Virus record (IMG/VR): IMGVR_UViG_3300032254_000001
Location: 224,001 to 288,000 of that record
Length of the DNA stretch: 64,000 nt
Reading direction: 5' to 3' (one strand)
Origin: a virus
Lineage: Duplodnaviria > Caudoviricetes
This document shows positions 1 through 9,460 of the stretch, in pieces. A model generated the notes under the pieces. The model saw only the letters and a program-made list of their open reading frames with translations. It made no database searches and was not told where the DNA came from. Both the position numbers and the translations under genes were made by a program. Numbering within the stretch: the stretch's first letter is position 1; every line of letters begins with the position of its first letter.

Positions 1-200
1 GTTGACAAAACATGGCCTGGATTAGTAGGACTAAAGTAAACATGAAAAAGGAATTTTTGCTTTGGTGCTAACGCCATCCCGTCCGGGCGCATTAGCTTCG
101 AAGCATGTGAATAATCCTTTTGTATATTGGTCCCAAAGAACCCGCCAGCTGCTTGACTAAGAAGCTTCGACGGGTCCGTTAGATCATCTAAGATGCTCAA
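1..200 (-). CDS. Second tail-tube-like/baseplate protein, N-terminal part (runs off left edge)
   Basis: Not in ORF track. TTG at 200 reads MSILDDLTDPSKLLSQAAGGFFGTNIQKDYSHASKLMRPDGMALAPKQKFLFHVYF; lies directly after the gp19 stop. Confidence 0.6.
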   Translation of the reverse strand, partial: MSILDDLTDPSKLLSQAAGGFFGTNIQKDYSHASKLMRPDGMALAPKQKFLFHVYFSPTNPGHVLS

Positions 201-206
201 TGTCTA

Positions 207-824
207 TTAACCTGTAGTGTTAAGACCTAAAGTACGACCAACATCTGCACCAATACCACTTTCTAATGGAGTCTGTACTGCATTATCAAATGTGATTGTT
301 AACGCTAATGTTGCTGGATCGTTTGATGTATAATCTACATCACCGTAGTTAACGCCTTGTAGGTAGCAACCGTATATTTCCCAAGTTTCAAGAACGTTGG
401 CTTCGTGTGCTCCGTTACCACCGTCTAACATTTCTAAACGTGTAGTAAATTTGTAATCGATACCTGAAGCTGCTGATGCTTGCTCCATGAAATCGAATTG
501 CTTCTGCATTTGCTCACCAACTAGTTTAGCAACTGCGCCTGAGGCATCATCACGTAACGTACATGTTACATCAGCCCAACTTGGCTTACCAGCTAATTTA
601 ATTTTTGAGTTGTATACGTCGATTACAATTGGTTCGAACGAAGGATTCGGACGTGCAAAGTTCATAACTTGTTTAGTTAATTCTGTACGCGGAGTCGAAA
701 CACCTAGGTTTTCAAAAATAACGCGAAAACGATATTTTAATTTAGGCATTAACAAGCCTTGGCTTGTTGCACTCTGATCACTTGCTAACGGCGTGGTCAT
801 TCTTGTTAAAGATGAAACTGACAT
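207..824 (-). CDS. gp19: Tail tube protein
   Basis: MPKLKYRFRV..ELTKQV..RP..KLAGK..W..TLRDD..W..YGC pattern of T4-like tube proteins; downstream of sheath. Confidence 0.9.
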   Translation of the reverse strand: MSVSSLTRMTTPLASDQSATSQGLLMPKLKYRFRVIFENLGVSTPRTELTKQVMNFARPNPSFEPIVIDVYNSKIKLAGKPSWADVTCTLRDDASGAVAKLVGEQMQKQFDFMEQASAASGIDYKFTTRLEMLDGGNGAHEANVLETWEIYGCYLQGVNYGDVDYTSNDPATLALTITFDNAVQTPLESGIGADVGRTLGLNTTG

Positions 825-857
825 TTTATTTGTCTCCTGTTATATAATTCTTACTGT

Positions 858-864
858 TATTTAT
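858..864 (-). promoter_or_regulatory. T4-type late promoter ATAAATA
   Basis: GGATAAATAAC 34 nt upstream of gp19 start. Confidence 0.7.
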
Positions 865-895
865 CCTTTTATCATCGTGAAAAAATCGCCAAAAT

Positions 896-917
896 AAAAG
901 GGCCGTTAAGCCCTTTT
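896..917 (-). terminator. Intrinsic terminator after sheath gene
   Basis: AAAAGGGC-cgttaa-GCCCTTTT inverted repeat. Confidence 0.75.
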
Positions 918-938
918 AAATGTACAGCTCAAAAGTTA

Positions 939-3900
939 TTAACCGCCGCTAATTTCACCAGTGTTCTTAATTCTAACAGGAACATAAATAAATTCGCTTG
1001 CTTTAACTGGTTCTATTGCTATATCAACCCAAAGTTCGTTTCGATCAATACGATCATTAGTGTTGTTGCTCTTATCACATACAACAATGTAATCGTAAAT
1101 ACCACGTTTTGAAATTAAGTCATTAAGCATACGCTCCATTTGACCTTTGATTTCATCACGTGTTAACTTGTCGTTTGGTTCAAATACAAACTGCTTACCT
1201 AATGCATCAGCTTGTACACGAATGTGAGCAACCAAACGTGATACGTTAATACGATCTAACGCTGTTCCTGGCTTAGTAGTTTTGTTACCGTAGTTAACAA
1301 TACCTGCACCTGGAATGAATGTAATTGGGTTAACGTTGCTAGTGTACAGTACGTCGCGAATACCCTGGCGTGTTGCCATTTGCTGGAATTCACCTGTCTG
1401 TGCATCAATGTAACCAATTGCATTAACGTTATCAATTTGACCACGTCTAACACCAGCTGGAGCTAACCATGGGTATGATTGTTCGTCGCTGTGTATAATT
1501 GTACGTAGCATCATATGACTTGGTGGAACAACAATTGATGTACCTGATAAGTCATTAGTTCTACCCGATGGATAGAACACACCAAGGTATTCATCATTTG
1601 ATGCTAAGCCATCGCCAGTTGATGTGCCTAGTCCATCGTTGTTTGATGCCCATTCAACAAGTTCTGAACCTGTGTTAGGTAAACGTAATGGTGAATCACC
1701 AACAATAAATGCAGTGTTAGCACGTTCGTTATTTAATGCAACCATGTTAGGAATAAGTTCTGGATATCCCGGAGCTGCAATTAAGTTATACAGACGTTGT
1801 TCTTCACGTATGTCTGAGTTAGTATCAATTGCTGCTTTCATTGCTTCAACAACTAGTGCGCGTTGAGCTAAACGACCAAAGTTTGCACTTCCATCATCTT
1901 TAAGTCCTGATACTGTAACCCATGCATTTCTTTCTGTTGGAAGAACTGCTGAACCAAAGTCATCTGCGTTGAAATAGTTAACACGGAATTCTTTAACGTT
2001 ATAACCGCTTCTACGCATGTTGAATAATAACATACCGTCTGGGTATAAAGCTGGATCTGGCGCATCAATGTCTAAGTAATCGCTTGATAGTAAATCAGTA
2101 GTTGATGGCATGTCACCAGTAACTGGATCTGTGGTACCGTCTCCTGCCCAACGTGCGTCTGCAAATAATACACCGTCTGTTGTTGTTTGATCTGCATTGT
2201 CAATTAATACCCAACCATCAACTGCGTTCTGGTCTTGTTCCCAACGTCTTAGAACTGGATAGTTTTCTAAATCGCTTGTATCAATCCATAAGTCGCCATA
2301 CACCAATGGTGATGAATCTGACTGGAATTCAGGAGCTGTTGGTGAAACAGTTGGACCTGCTGGATCAGTTACTGATAAGTCTAGTCCACGGATATCGTTT
2401 GTAACATTCTTGTAGCCTTTCCAAGCACCACCATCGTGTATCATAATATCAATTTCGTCAATTACTGGGTAGTACCAACGTGTACCATTTAATGGATCTT
2501 GTCCTGGTACTGTAACATCTGCTGTGTAAGTTAATACATTCCAGTTACTTAAAACTAACTGACCTGCGTTATTGTTACGAACACTTTCTAATGCATTACT
2601 AATACCTGTTGCAGCAATCGCGCCACCTGCTGTATCTTCGAGAATAATAACACCACCACCTGTGTGTGAAATGTTTACTCGATTATTTGCAGTAACACTT
2701 GATGTAACGTTTGTAATACCTGCGGCAGTTAAGTCTGCAACAAAATCAGCTGGAGTAGTACCAGTCATTGTAACTGTTACCGCTGCTGTTAAAGCTGTGT
2801 CGTTTGTTACACTTGCTTGGATAGTAAACGCGTCGCCGCTATTAAATACTGGAGCTGTTGTAGCACCAGTAATTGATGTTTCGCCAAATGCACGTTCAAA
2901 GATTTTAAATGTGCCTGTGTTGTTTTCTTGTGTGTCGTACTGCACATATGTATCGCCAACTGCAATTGACTTACCACCAGTAGCTGGATCTAAGAACTTG
3001 TTAGCTGTTTGATCATTTGCATATACTGGAGCTGCTTGTTCAGCGAAAGTATCTGTTGATGAATTGTAACGTTTAATTACAATGTTTGTGCCTTCGTTAA
3101 CTGCTGTAGTCTTCTGCCATATTGAACCACTTGGGCGAGGAGTAACATCTGTTGCTCTCCAACGCGGAATGTTTACATGGCTTTCGTGTGCTACGATTGG
3201 ACCTGCATACGAACCTGCTGTAATACCAAGGTCAGCTAAGATAGTGCCAGTAGTACCATTTGCTAATGTTAATGTTACATCAATTGAACTGCTGTCTGAG
3301 CCTGCACCAGACTCGATGTAAAATTCGATTCTGTTGTTAACCTTTGCAGCGGTAACACCTGTGATACCTGCATTAGTGATATCAGTTACTAATGTATCAA
3401 TTGTAGTACCTGTACCAACAACTGTATTACCGTTGATAACAATGTCATCGCCGATGTTCAATGCCGGGCTAGTTTCTGTGCCAACTACTGTTGCAATACC
3501 TGCTTTCCAATCATCCGAACCGATAAGAACCCATTCGTTGTTATTGTTTTTCCAATATATTGGATTGTTGGCATTAGTTGTTACAATTGCATAAGAGTTA
3601 ATTGTACCAACACTTGCTAATGGAACGCCACCGACTGCTAATAAATCATCGTTGTCTGTGATAAGCATTGGAGTAATTAAGTTAAACGCATTCTGCGTTG
3701 AATTCCAAGCAAATAATCCATATGATGATTCTGCTAAATCAAACCAATAAGCGCCATTGTTTGGATCACCTTTCGGACGTGTTAGTTCAGCTTCTAGTTG
3801 AGTTAAGTCAACGTCAACACGCTGAATGTATGCTCTGTTAGTAGAACCCAAAACTGAGTATGCTGCCATTAATCCGTATTCGTTTAATTCATAACCGTTA

Positions 3901-4151
3901 ATGGCATCGCCACCTGCTGTTTTGTAAAACTCTGGATTACCAAACGTGTTCACAAGTTCACGCTGGCTAGTAATTAAATATATATCATCAACTGATGATG
4001 CTAGTGTACCTGGTGCAATTCCTGTGCCTGCTGGAGTTAATTTATTTTCCGCTGTGGCTAACAAGATGTACGGTACTGTATTCTGTCCTGCTGAAGAGTA
4101 CTGACTTTCGTCTATAATAGTTACTTCAACGCCCGGTGATACAAGTGCCAT
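939..4151 (-). CDS. gp18: Tail sheath protein
   Basis: MALVSPGVEV N-terminus; C-terminal PWLAPAG.RRG, VNPI, YGNKT, ALDRINV.RL, FVFEPND, IEPVKA.EFIY sheath motifs. Confidence 0.97.
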   Translation of the reverse strand: MALVSPGVEVTIIDESQYSSAGQNTVPYILLATAENKLTPAGTGIAPGTLASSVDDIYLITSQRELVNTFGNPEFYKTAGGDAINGYELNEYGLMAAYSVLGSTNRAYIQRVDVDLTQLEAELTRPKGDPNNGAYWFDLAESSYGLFAWNSTQNAFNLITPMLITDNDDLLAVGGVPLASVGTINSYAIVTTNANNPIYWKNNNNEWVLIGSDDWKAGIATVVGTETSPALNIGDDIVINGNTVVGTGTTIDTLVTDITNAGITGVTAAKVNNRIEFYIESGAGSDSSSIDVTLTLANGTTGTILADLGITAGSYAGPIVAHESHVNIPRWRATDVTPRPSGSIWQKTTAVNEGTNIVIKRYNSSTDTFAEQAAPVYANDQTANKFLDPATGGKSIAVGDTYVQYDTQENNTGTFKIFERAFGETSITGATTAPVFNSGDAFTIQASVTNDTALTAAVTVTMTGTTPADFVADLTAAGITNVTSSVTANNRVNISHTGGGVIILEDTAGGAIAATGISNALESVRNNNAGQLVLSNWNVLTYTADVTVPGQDPLNGTRWYYPVIDEIDIMIHDGGAWKGYKNVTNDIRGLDLSVTDPAGPTVSPTAPEFQSDSSPLVYGDLWIDTSDLENYPVLRRWEQDQNAVDGWVLIDNADQTTTDGVLFADARWAGDGTTDPVTGDMPSTTDLLSSDYLDIDAPDPALYPDGMLLFNMRRSGYNVKEFRVNYFNADDFGSAVLPTERNAWVTVSGLKDDGSANFGRLAQRALVVEAMKAAIDTNSDIREEQRLYNLIAAPGYPELIPNMVALNNERANTAFIVGDSPLRLPNTGSELVEWASNNDGLGTSTGDGLASNDEYLGVFYPSGRTNDLSGTSIVVPPSHMMLRTIIHSDEQSYPWLAPAGVRRGQIDNVNAIGYIDAQTGEFQQMATRQGIRDVLYTSNVNPITFIPGAGIVNYGNKTTKPGTALDRINVSRLVAHIRVQADALGKQFVFEPNDKLTRDEIKGQMERMLNDLISKRGIYDYIVVCDKSNNTNDRIDRNELWVDIAIEPVKASEFIYVPVRIKNTGEISGG

Positions 4152-4192
4152 TTTAAAATCTCCTATAAATGTAAGTTTATTTCTGTTACATC

Positions 4193-4199
4193 TATTTAT
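4193..4199 (-). promoter_or_regulatory. Late promoter ATAAATA for sheath
   Basis: TAATAAATAGA upstream of gp18 ATG. Confidence 0.7.
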
Positions 4200-4273
4200 T
4201 AGAAAACCCGGAATATAGGTGGTTAACGACGGTGGTTTTGAAACCTTTAAAGGACCGACTGCTAAATAAAGTT

Positions 4274-4624
4274 ATGAAAAGACCTATTTGTACTGCATGT
4301 AACCAACGTCATGCAGGAATAAACTATAAACGCAATGGGAAAACATACTATCGAAAGAAATGCGACACTTGTATAAGGGAGAGCCGTCAGGTTAGACCTG
4401 CTAAACCAAATTGGACCAAGTCCGGATACAAGAAAAAGATGCAATGTGACAAGTGTCACTTCAAAGCTAGGTGGGCAAAACAGATTATTGTGTTTTATGT
4501 TGATGGAGATTTGAACAACACCAAATTGAACAACTTAAAATCCATTTGTTTAAATTGTTCAATTGCTGTTGAAAAACAAGATATGCCTTGGGCTAAGGAC
4601 TTAGGGTTAAACGCTGATAATTAA
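4274..4624 (+). CDS. Zinc-finger protein with degenerate HNH-like motif
   Basis: CxxC pairs plus FYVDGDLNNTKLNNLKSICLNC (compare HHIDG..NN..NL..LC.NCH). Start moved to ATG 4274, after TAAATA at 4263-4268. Confidence 0.7.
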   Translation: MKRPICTACNQRHAGINYKRNGKTYYRKKCDTCIRESRQVRPAKPNWTKSGYKKKMQCDKCHFKARWAKQIIVFYVDGDLNNTKLNNLKSICLNCSIAVEKQDMPWAKDLGLNADN

Positions 4625-5142
4625 AGCTTAGTAATACCTAGCTGCTCTATTGATTTCTGTAGTACATCAATTTGGTTAACACAGTCAGCCAAAGCATTAT
4701 GGTTGTTACCAAGTGGCTTAGCACCTGTTAACTTGTATATAGTACGCGCATCCATAACCTGCCAGTATTTCCATGGGCAGCTAATACCGTATTGGCGCAT
4801 CGCATCTTCTAAAATTACCATATCAAAAGTAGTACCGTTAGCCCAGATGCGGCTATGCTTCCATGCTACTTTTGATAATTCCTTAAGACCTGTTTCAATA
4901 TCAACACGGTCTTCGCCGTCGCCTAGAGCTTCTTCCTGTGCATCTTCAGCTTGCTTACCCCACCATTCAACGGTATCATCGTTTACACTACGTTCGCTCT
5001 GAGAATCAATAGTTAAGCGTCTGTAATATGTTACGTCGGTGAATCTATCGCTAAAAGGATCAAAGCCCTGAGCACCTATTGTTAGTATAGTTGATGTAGG
5101 TGTGACATCAAGTGTTTCAATATCTATCATTAAATCTGACAT
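4621..5142 (-). CDS. DEDDh 3'-5' exoribonuclease (RNase AS/Rv2179c-like)
   Basis: MIDIET, WANG..FD..IL, W...D.RT, HNALAD motifs; SD GAGGA before ATG 5142. Confidence 0.85.
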   Translation of the reverse strand: MSDLMIDIETLDVTPTSTILTIGAQGFDPFSDRFTDVTYYRRLTIDSQSERSVNDDTVEWWGKQAEDAQEEALGDGEDRVDIETGLKELSKVAWKHSRIWANGTTFDMVILEDAMRQYGISCPWKYWQVMDARTIYKLTGAKPLGNNHNALADCVNQIDVLQKSIEQLGITKL

Positions 5143-5143
5143 G

Positions 5144-5416
5144 TTAATCCTCTGTTTTATTTCCCGGAAACTCAACTACATTATCTGTTGGCTTTGTAGG
5201 AGGTTCTTCCGTAGCTAAATCTTTCTTGTACACAAGATAAAAATTTAGTAAGATGCGTTGAGCTTCTGCTAACTCGTGACTTAAGTTTTGTATTTCATCC
5301 TCAGGAAGAGGAATATCCATTTTAAGCAGATCCAGCAAACCTTCGCATCGTCTGCGAGCGTCGTGGATTTTAATTTCTATATCGGTTAAGGTGTATTCGC
5401 CTGTTTCATAAGTCAT
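5144..5416 (-). CDS. Hypothetical protein
   Basis: 90-aa ORF directly after a sigma70-type promoter. Confidence 0.7.
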   Translation of the reverse strand: MTYETGEYTLTDIEIKIHDARRRCEGLLDLLKMDIPLPEDEIQNLSHELAEAQRILLNFYLVYKKDLATEEPPTKPTDNVVEFPGNKTED

Positions 5417-5422
5417 AAGGAT

Positions 5423-5451
5423 AGTATAATAGAAAACTGTAGGTTTGTCTA
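5423..5451 (-). promoter_or_regulatory. Sigma70-type promoter TAGACA-17-TATACT
   Basis: Hexamers with 17-nt spacer; predicted +1 falls on the ATG at 5416. Confidence 0.65.
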
Positions 5452-5462
5452 CCTACAGTTTT
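5433..5462 (-). terminator. Intrinsic terminator overlapping the -35 box
   Basis: AAAACTGTAGGT-ttgtct-ACCTACAGTTTT perfect 12-bp inverted repeat. Confidence 0.8.
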
Positions 5463-5467
5463 TCCAT

Positions 5468-6361
5468 TTACTTTGTAACGTGCGGATTGTTTATATTGTT
5501 GAACTCTTTTAGGAATGTATCTTTGTGCTTGTTAACTGCAACCGTGTAATGCCAGTCATTGTACTCGCTACCTAAAGCACCGCCAAGTCCACGATTGTAT
5601 GCTGTGATAGCAAAGTTAGTTGGGCGTACATAGTTACGCTTTTCGTTGCGGCCCATCATCCAAAGATACTTACTTGCAACTCGAATATTGAACTTCTTGT
5701 CCATAATCAAATGCGCAATGATTTCTTCATTGGTCTTTAGGTAAGCTGCTTTTTGGACTGTCTTCATTGTTCCATTAGCTTGCTTCTCTCTAATGCGAGG
5801 CTGATAAAAACCTGGGAAGTCATTAGGGAACCGTTTAAATACGTCCTGGGCTGCTGCTACTTTAATTTGACCTACACCGTAATAGCGTTTACCAAATTTT
5901 AAACCAGCTTCGTCGCCAGCTACTTCGTGTCCTTTGTATCCACCTGCTTTAGATTCTTGCCAAATAAGACCTTGTAGCACTGCTGGTTCACGATGACCAT
6001 CTGCTTTTGCTACATCGTATGCATACAATAGCATGTCTGCCTGCTCGCGGTCTATCGACCTAGGTAAGCTAACAATGTGACGTTCGCCTTTGTATGAATA
6101 TAGATTTTCTTGATATGATTCACCTTTGCCTATCATCATTAAGTTGAGTGGAGTCATTATTACTTCTGCATATGTACCGCAGTAAGAAATAGGCATAGGC
6201 TCAGTTGGTGCCATTACTGTTGGGCTAGCAGGCGCTGGTTTTGCCTGTGCTTCTTGTTCTAAATAGCCGAACTGCATAACAGCCAATGGTACTGCAATTA
6301 GTGTAAAAATTGCTATGGCGATGTGGTAACCGAAAGTTGAGTTACTTGTTTGCTTCTTCAT
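5468..6361 (-). CDS. Lytic transglycosylase (SLT/lysozyme-like fold) with N-terminal membrane segment
   Basis: IWQES catalytic Glu, YGVGQI, NI..A.KYL, AYNRG motifs; hydrophobic residues ~13-32. Confidence 0.75.
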   Translation of the reverse strand: MKKQTSNSTFGYHIAIAIFTLIAVPLAVMQFGYLEQEAQAKPAPASPTVMAPTEPMPISYCGTYAEVIMTPLNLMMIGKGESYQENLYSYKGERHIVSLPRSIDREQADMLLYAYDVAKADGHREPAVLQGLIWQESKAGGYKGHEVAGDEAGLKFGKRYYGVGQIKVAAAQDVFKRFPNDFPGFYQPRIREKQANGTMKTVQKAAYLKTNEEIIAHLIMDKKFNIRVASKYLWMMGRNEKRNYVRPTNFAITAYNRGLGGALGSEYNDWHYTVAVNKHKDTFLKEFNNINNPHVTK

Positions 6362-6385
6362 GTGGTGCCTCTAAATTAAAATGTG

Positions 6386-7135
6386 TTATCCAATTACCCA
6401 TGTTAACGGATCTGATCCATCTACAAAGTTCTTTAAATCTTCAAGTAGTTCTTTCATTAACTCGTTTGCTTCTGATTTCATTGTTGAACCGTTTAAGCTA
6501 GTGCCGCCATTCGGTCCTGCAATTTGTGCAAACTTTTCACGTGCTTCACCTTCCATGTACTTACAATTGGCATAGGTAAAGTCTTTAATCCACTGTGATA
6601 TCTGAAGTTCTGTTAACAACTGTACCTCAGGCTTCATGTTGTAAGTCCACAATAGTATAGTTTCACCTGAACTAGTAATGTTTCTAACTAACTTAATACG
6701 CTTGGTGCTTGGGTTAAATGTAAAGTTCATGTAACCACCAAACATTCTTGCAGCAAGTTCTAGCTTTTGTGTGTATAGTTCCCACGTTGCTAAACCGCCA
6801 GTACCACCTAAGTTTAAGATGTACGTATTAATAACAGCTGATGAGAATGGATCAAACGCTGAGTCGCCACCAATAGAACCAAATGTTCTACGGAATATCT
6901 GGCGGACTTCTGTTACTTCCTGAGGTAGTGTGTATTCATCTATATTTTCCTCAAGGTCCAACCAAACATACGCTTCTTCGTATGCATTTTGTGCCTTTTG
7001 CCTATACGTGCCAATTGCTCGTTTATAAGCTGTTTCGTAATGTATTGGATCAAGAGAAAGATCCACCATACCACTACCCATCAATGCTGATGCGTAGTCA
7101 AATACTTCTTGTTTCATTTCTTCTAAGTTAGCCAT
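6386..7135 (-). CDS. gp13: Neck protein
   Basis: WIKDFT.A.CK...GEAR.KF....GPNGG.SLNG..MK.EA T4 gp13-type C-terminus; late promoter at 7159-7165. Confidence 0.85.
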   Translation of the reverse strand: MANLEEMKQEVFDYASALMGSGMVDLSLDPIHYETAYKRAIGTYRQKAQNAYEEAYVWLDLEENIDEYTLPQEVTEVRQIFRRTFGSIGGDSAFDPFSSAVINTYILNLGGTGGLATWELYTQKLELAARMFGGYMNFTFNPSTKRIKLVRNITSSGETILLWTYNMKPEVQLLTELQISQWIKDFTYANCKYMEGEAREKFAQIAGPNGGTSLNGSTMKSEANELMKELLEDLKNFVDGSDPLTWVIG

Positions 7136-7150
7136 AAGTTTTCTCGCAGT

Positions 7151-7510
7151 CTATATGCTATTTATCCTATCCTGCTTGGCTAACTCTTCTACTTGAGGCA
7201 TTATGTTCTTGACACAAGGTCCTTTGATTTGTCCATCCGGACTAGATATTACTATTGTCGCACAATCCAACGGCCACGGATATTGAATTACAGTGACGTG
7301 GGACTTAGACAAGTCAAATATTTTAAGTCCTTCTGTCCCTTCGGGGCGATACATTAACACGCCACCTAAAAAGATGTCTTCATAATTATAAGCTGCAACC
7401 ATAGCATTACCTAAAAACATGCTGTATGCCTTTAAGGTTACTACGCCAAGTAATACCGAGCCAACTACTGTTCCAAGTAAAACTCGTTTTATGCTTATCT
7501 TAGTATTCAT
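7151..7510 (-). CDS. Hypothetical membrane-anchored protein
   Basis: Hydrophobic N-terminus; TAATG coupling to upstream gene sets the start at 7510. Confidence 0.6.
   Translation of the reverse strand: MNTKISIKRVLLGTVVGSVLLGVVTLKAYSMFLGNAMVAAYNYEDIFLGGVLMYRPEGTEGLKIFDLSKSHVTVIQYPWPLDCATIVISSPDGQIKGPCVKNIMPQVEELAKQDRINSI
7159..7165 (-). promoter_or_regulatory. Late promoter ATAAATA for gp13
   Basis: GGATAAATAGC. Confidence 0.7.
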
Positions 7511-8025
7511 TACCACCACCAATGGATTAAACATTTAGTTATGCCACGCGATTCTAAGAACTCAGCAATGACAGGATATTGTTCTTTATGCTCTTCGTGA
7601 TCAATCCAGGTATAGTAATAATGATCGTTACCAAACCCCATGTCGGACCAAAGTTTTCTAACTTCGTCTTCAACTTCAACAGGACAATTGCTCCACTGCA
7701 CTTCGAAAATATTATGTGCTTCTATGCATTCTGCGCCGTTTGTCTCGGCAGTTTTCCAAGCATCTTTACCGTGGCTATCTTTATGCTCGTAAGCTGTTGT
7801 TTCACCTGAGTACCTTGTATTATTCTTTAGTACTGAGAATGTTTTGTTGCCACCTTTCTTGTGTTTCTCAACACGGATATAGTGTGCAACCTGTTCTTCA
7901 GATAGCGTGTCAAGGAATCCGATAAGCTCGCGGCCTTCAGGAATACCCGGAACTTCAAGTCCAGTCCATTCGCCTTTATGAAACAGATTGATGCCGTCGT
8001 AATCTATTAGCGCAAAATTGCTCAC
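7510..8025 (-). CDS. Hypothetical protein
   Basis: 171-aa ORF in a coupled early operon. Confidence 0.7.
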   Translation of the reverse strand: MSNFALIDYDGINLFHKGEWTGLEVPGIPEGRELIGFLDTLSEEQVAHYIRVEKHKKGGNKTFSVLKNNTRYSGETTAYEHKDSHGKDAWKTAETNGAECIEAHNIFEVQWSNCPVEVEDEVRKLWSDMGFGNDHYYYTWIDHEEHKEQYPVIAEFLESRGITKCLIHWWW

Positions 8026-8249
8026 AAGTTACCTCCAATGGTAACATCATATGTTTTTGTAGACTCGAAGCCCCAGCTAACCAGATAACGTTTAACACTT
8101 TCAACATCGTCGGTGTTCTTAAACATTTCAGTCGCTTCTTTAGCAAGTTCTTTAGCAATCTTTTTAGACATACCGTCTGGCGCTTTCATAGTTAATGCAG
8201 TGCCTGGCATATCAAAGTCGCCGTATGTTTGTACATTAAAAGTAATCAT
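8022..8249 (-). CDS. Hypothetical protein
   Basis: SD GAGGA before ATG 8249 (MITFNVQTYG). Confidence 0.6.
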   Translation of the reverse strand: MITFNVQTYGDFDMPGTALTMKAPDGMSKKIAKELAKEATEMFKNTDDVESVKRYLVSWGFESTKTYDVTIGGNL

Positions 8250-8589
8250 GGTTTCCTCGGGGCCGAACTCGTGGCATTGGTGGAGCTGGAGGTGGTGGCG
8301 GACGGTTTGGCTTAAGTCGACCTGCATGATGTGAAGTGTCTTCAAACGTTACCTTGCCTGGGTTTTTAATTGTCATCCATAATGTTTCTTTAAGAAAGTT
8401 ACCGCTATTCCTAACATAGAAAAACAGTACTACCAACCAAACTATAGCATATAGATACCACGGGCCTCCGTCGACATTCGGGTTTATATCCATAATGATA
8501 CCGTATATTGCCGCTGCTTGCATACAACCAAGCCAAAAGGCTAACGTTAGACGTCGCTCTGGAGTCATTTTAAGCTTTTTAAACTTCAT
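8236..8589 (-). CDS. Hypothetical membrane protein with Pro-rich tail
   Basis: Two hydrophobic segments and RPPPPPAPP; start coupled to upstream stop. Confidence 0.6.
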   Translation of the reverse strand: MKFKKLKMTPERRLTLAFWLGCMQAAAIYGIIMDINPNVDGGPWYLYAIVWLVVLFFYVRNSGNFLKETLWMTIKNPGKVTFEDTSHHAGRLKPNRPPPPPAPPMPRVRPRGNHDYF

Positions 8590-8827
8590 GCTTTTCCTTT
8601 TGAAACGGCTCGACATCAAACCCGAGACGCTTCTTAACTAAGTCTTCTTCAGACTTTACATTTTCTTCCATTAGCGTCTTACATTGCTTAGGCATTGCAA
8701 TTGATCCTACTACTGCCATACACTTCCAGCAACGGTAAGAACAACCGCTAGCATCATCCCAATGGGCTTCACCACAAGGCAAGTCAATGGTTTCCGGTAC
8801 TACGGTACCATCAAATGCGCGTGGCAT
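8579..8827 (-). CDS. Hypothetical Cys-containing protein
   Basis: 82-aa ORF with CSYRCWKC; coupled operon. Confidence 0.6.
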   Translation of the reverse strand: MPRAFDGTVVPETIDLPCGEAHWDDASGCSYRCWKCMAVVGSIAMPKQCKTLMEENVKSEEDLVKKRLGFDVEPFQKEKHEV

Positions 8828-9108
8828 TACTCTGGGCCTTTTGGCTTGGTAAATGTGCTAATAAGATTCTCTAACATCCGAAGAGTTCTTTCTTCGTCGC
8901 TTAGTGATTCGTCAAGGTCAGCGTCAAAGTCAAAGGCGCCATGTAACATATCATACGCTTCTTTGTTTTCATCTAGCTCACACAGGTCTTCGCAGAACAT
9001 ACCGTACTCATTAGACACTGTAATTGGCTTGCCTGATATCTCGCATTCGCATTCGATATCAATCTGACCATTGCCGTTATCATTCGGCACTGCTTTAAAT
9101 CTACACAT
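8827..9108 (-). CDS. Hypothetical acidic protein
   Basis: 93-aa ORF, coupled. Confidence 0.6.
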   Translation of the reverse strand: MCRFKAVPNDNGNGQIDIECECEISGKPITVSNEYGMFCEDLCELDENKEAYDMLHGAFDFDADLDESLSDEERTLRMLENLISTFTKPKGPE

Positions 9109-9283
9109 CTTCTTTTATCTCCGTAAGTTTAAGGGCGTAAAAACTGTTATCTTCTTCAGCACGTTCCAAAAAGGCTTCATCAATAACAATTCTGCCATCC
9201 TCCTGGAACCAAGTTTCGTCAATGCTGTCAGCAGTAACATTTTCACCTAAATCAATTTCTACTCGTATTTTACACATTAGCAC
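9101..9283 (-). CDS. Hypothetical protein
   Basis: 60-aa ORF, coupled. Confidence 0.5.
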   Translation of the reverse strand: MLMCKIRVEIDLGENVTADSIDETWFQEDGRIVIDEAFLERAEEDNSFYALKLTEIKEDV

Positions 9284-9459
9284 TGTACCACATCAATTAT
9301 TGCCTCGGCATCACCAATTGAAACATTTGGAAAGTGACGCTTTACTATATCATCCGGGTCGCAGTCAAAGTCTGCAATTTCAGTATCAATCTCCGATTCA
9401 CAGTCTGTGATACGCATTGACTTGCTCGGATGGTCTACCATGAATGCTATCCAACACAT
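9277..9459 (-). CDS. Hypothetical protein
   Basis: 60-aa ORF, coupled. Confidence 0.5.
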   Translation of the reverse strand: MCWIAFMVDHPSKSMRITDCESEIDTEIADFDCDPDDIVKRHFPNVSIGDAEAIIDVVQC

Positions 9460-9460
9460 A

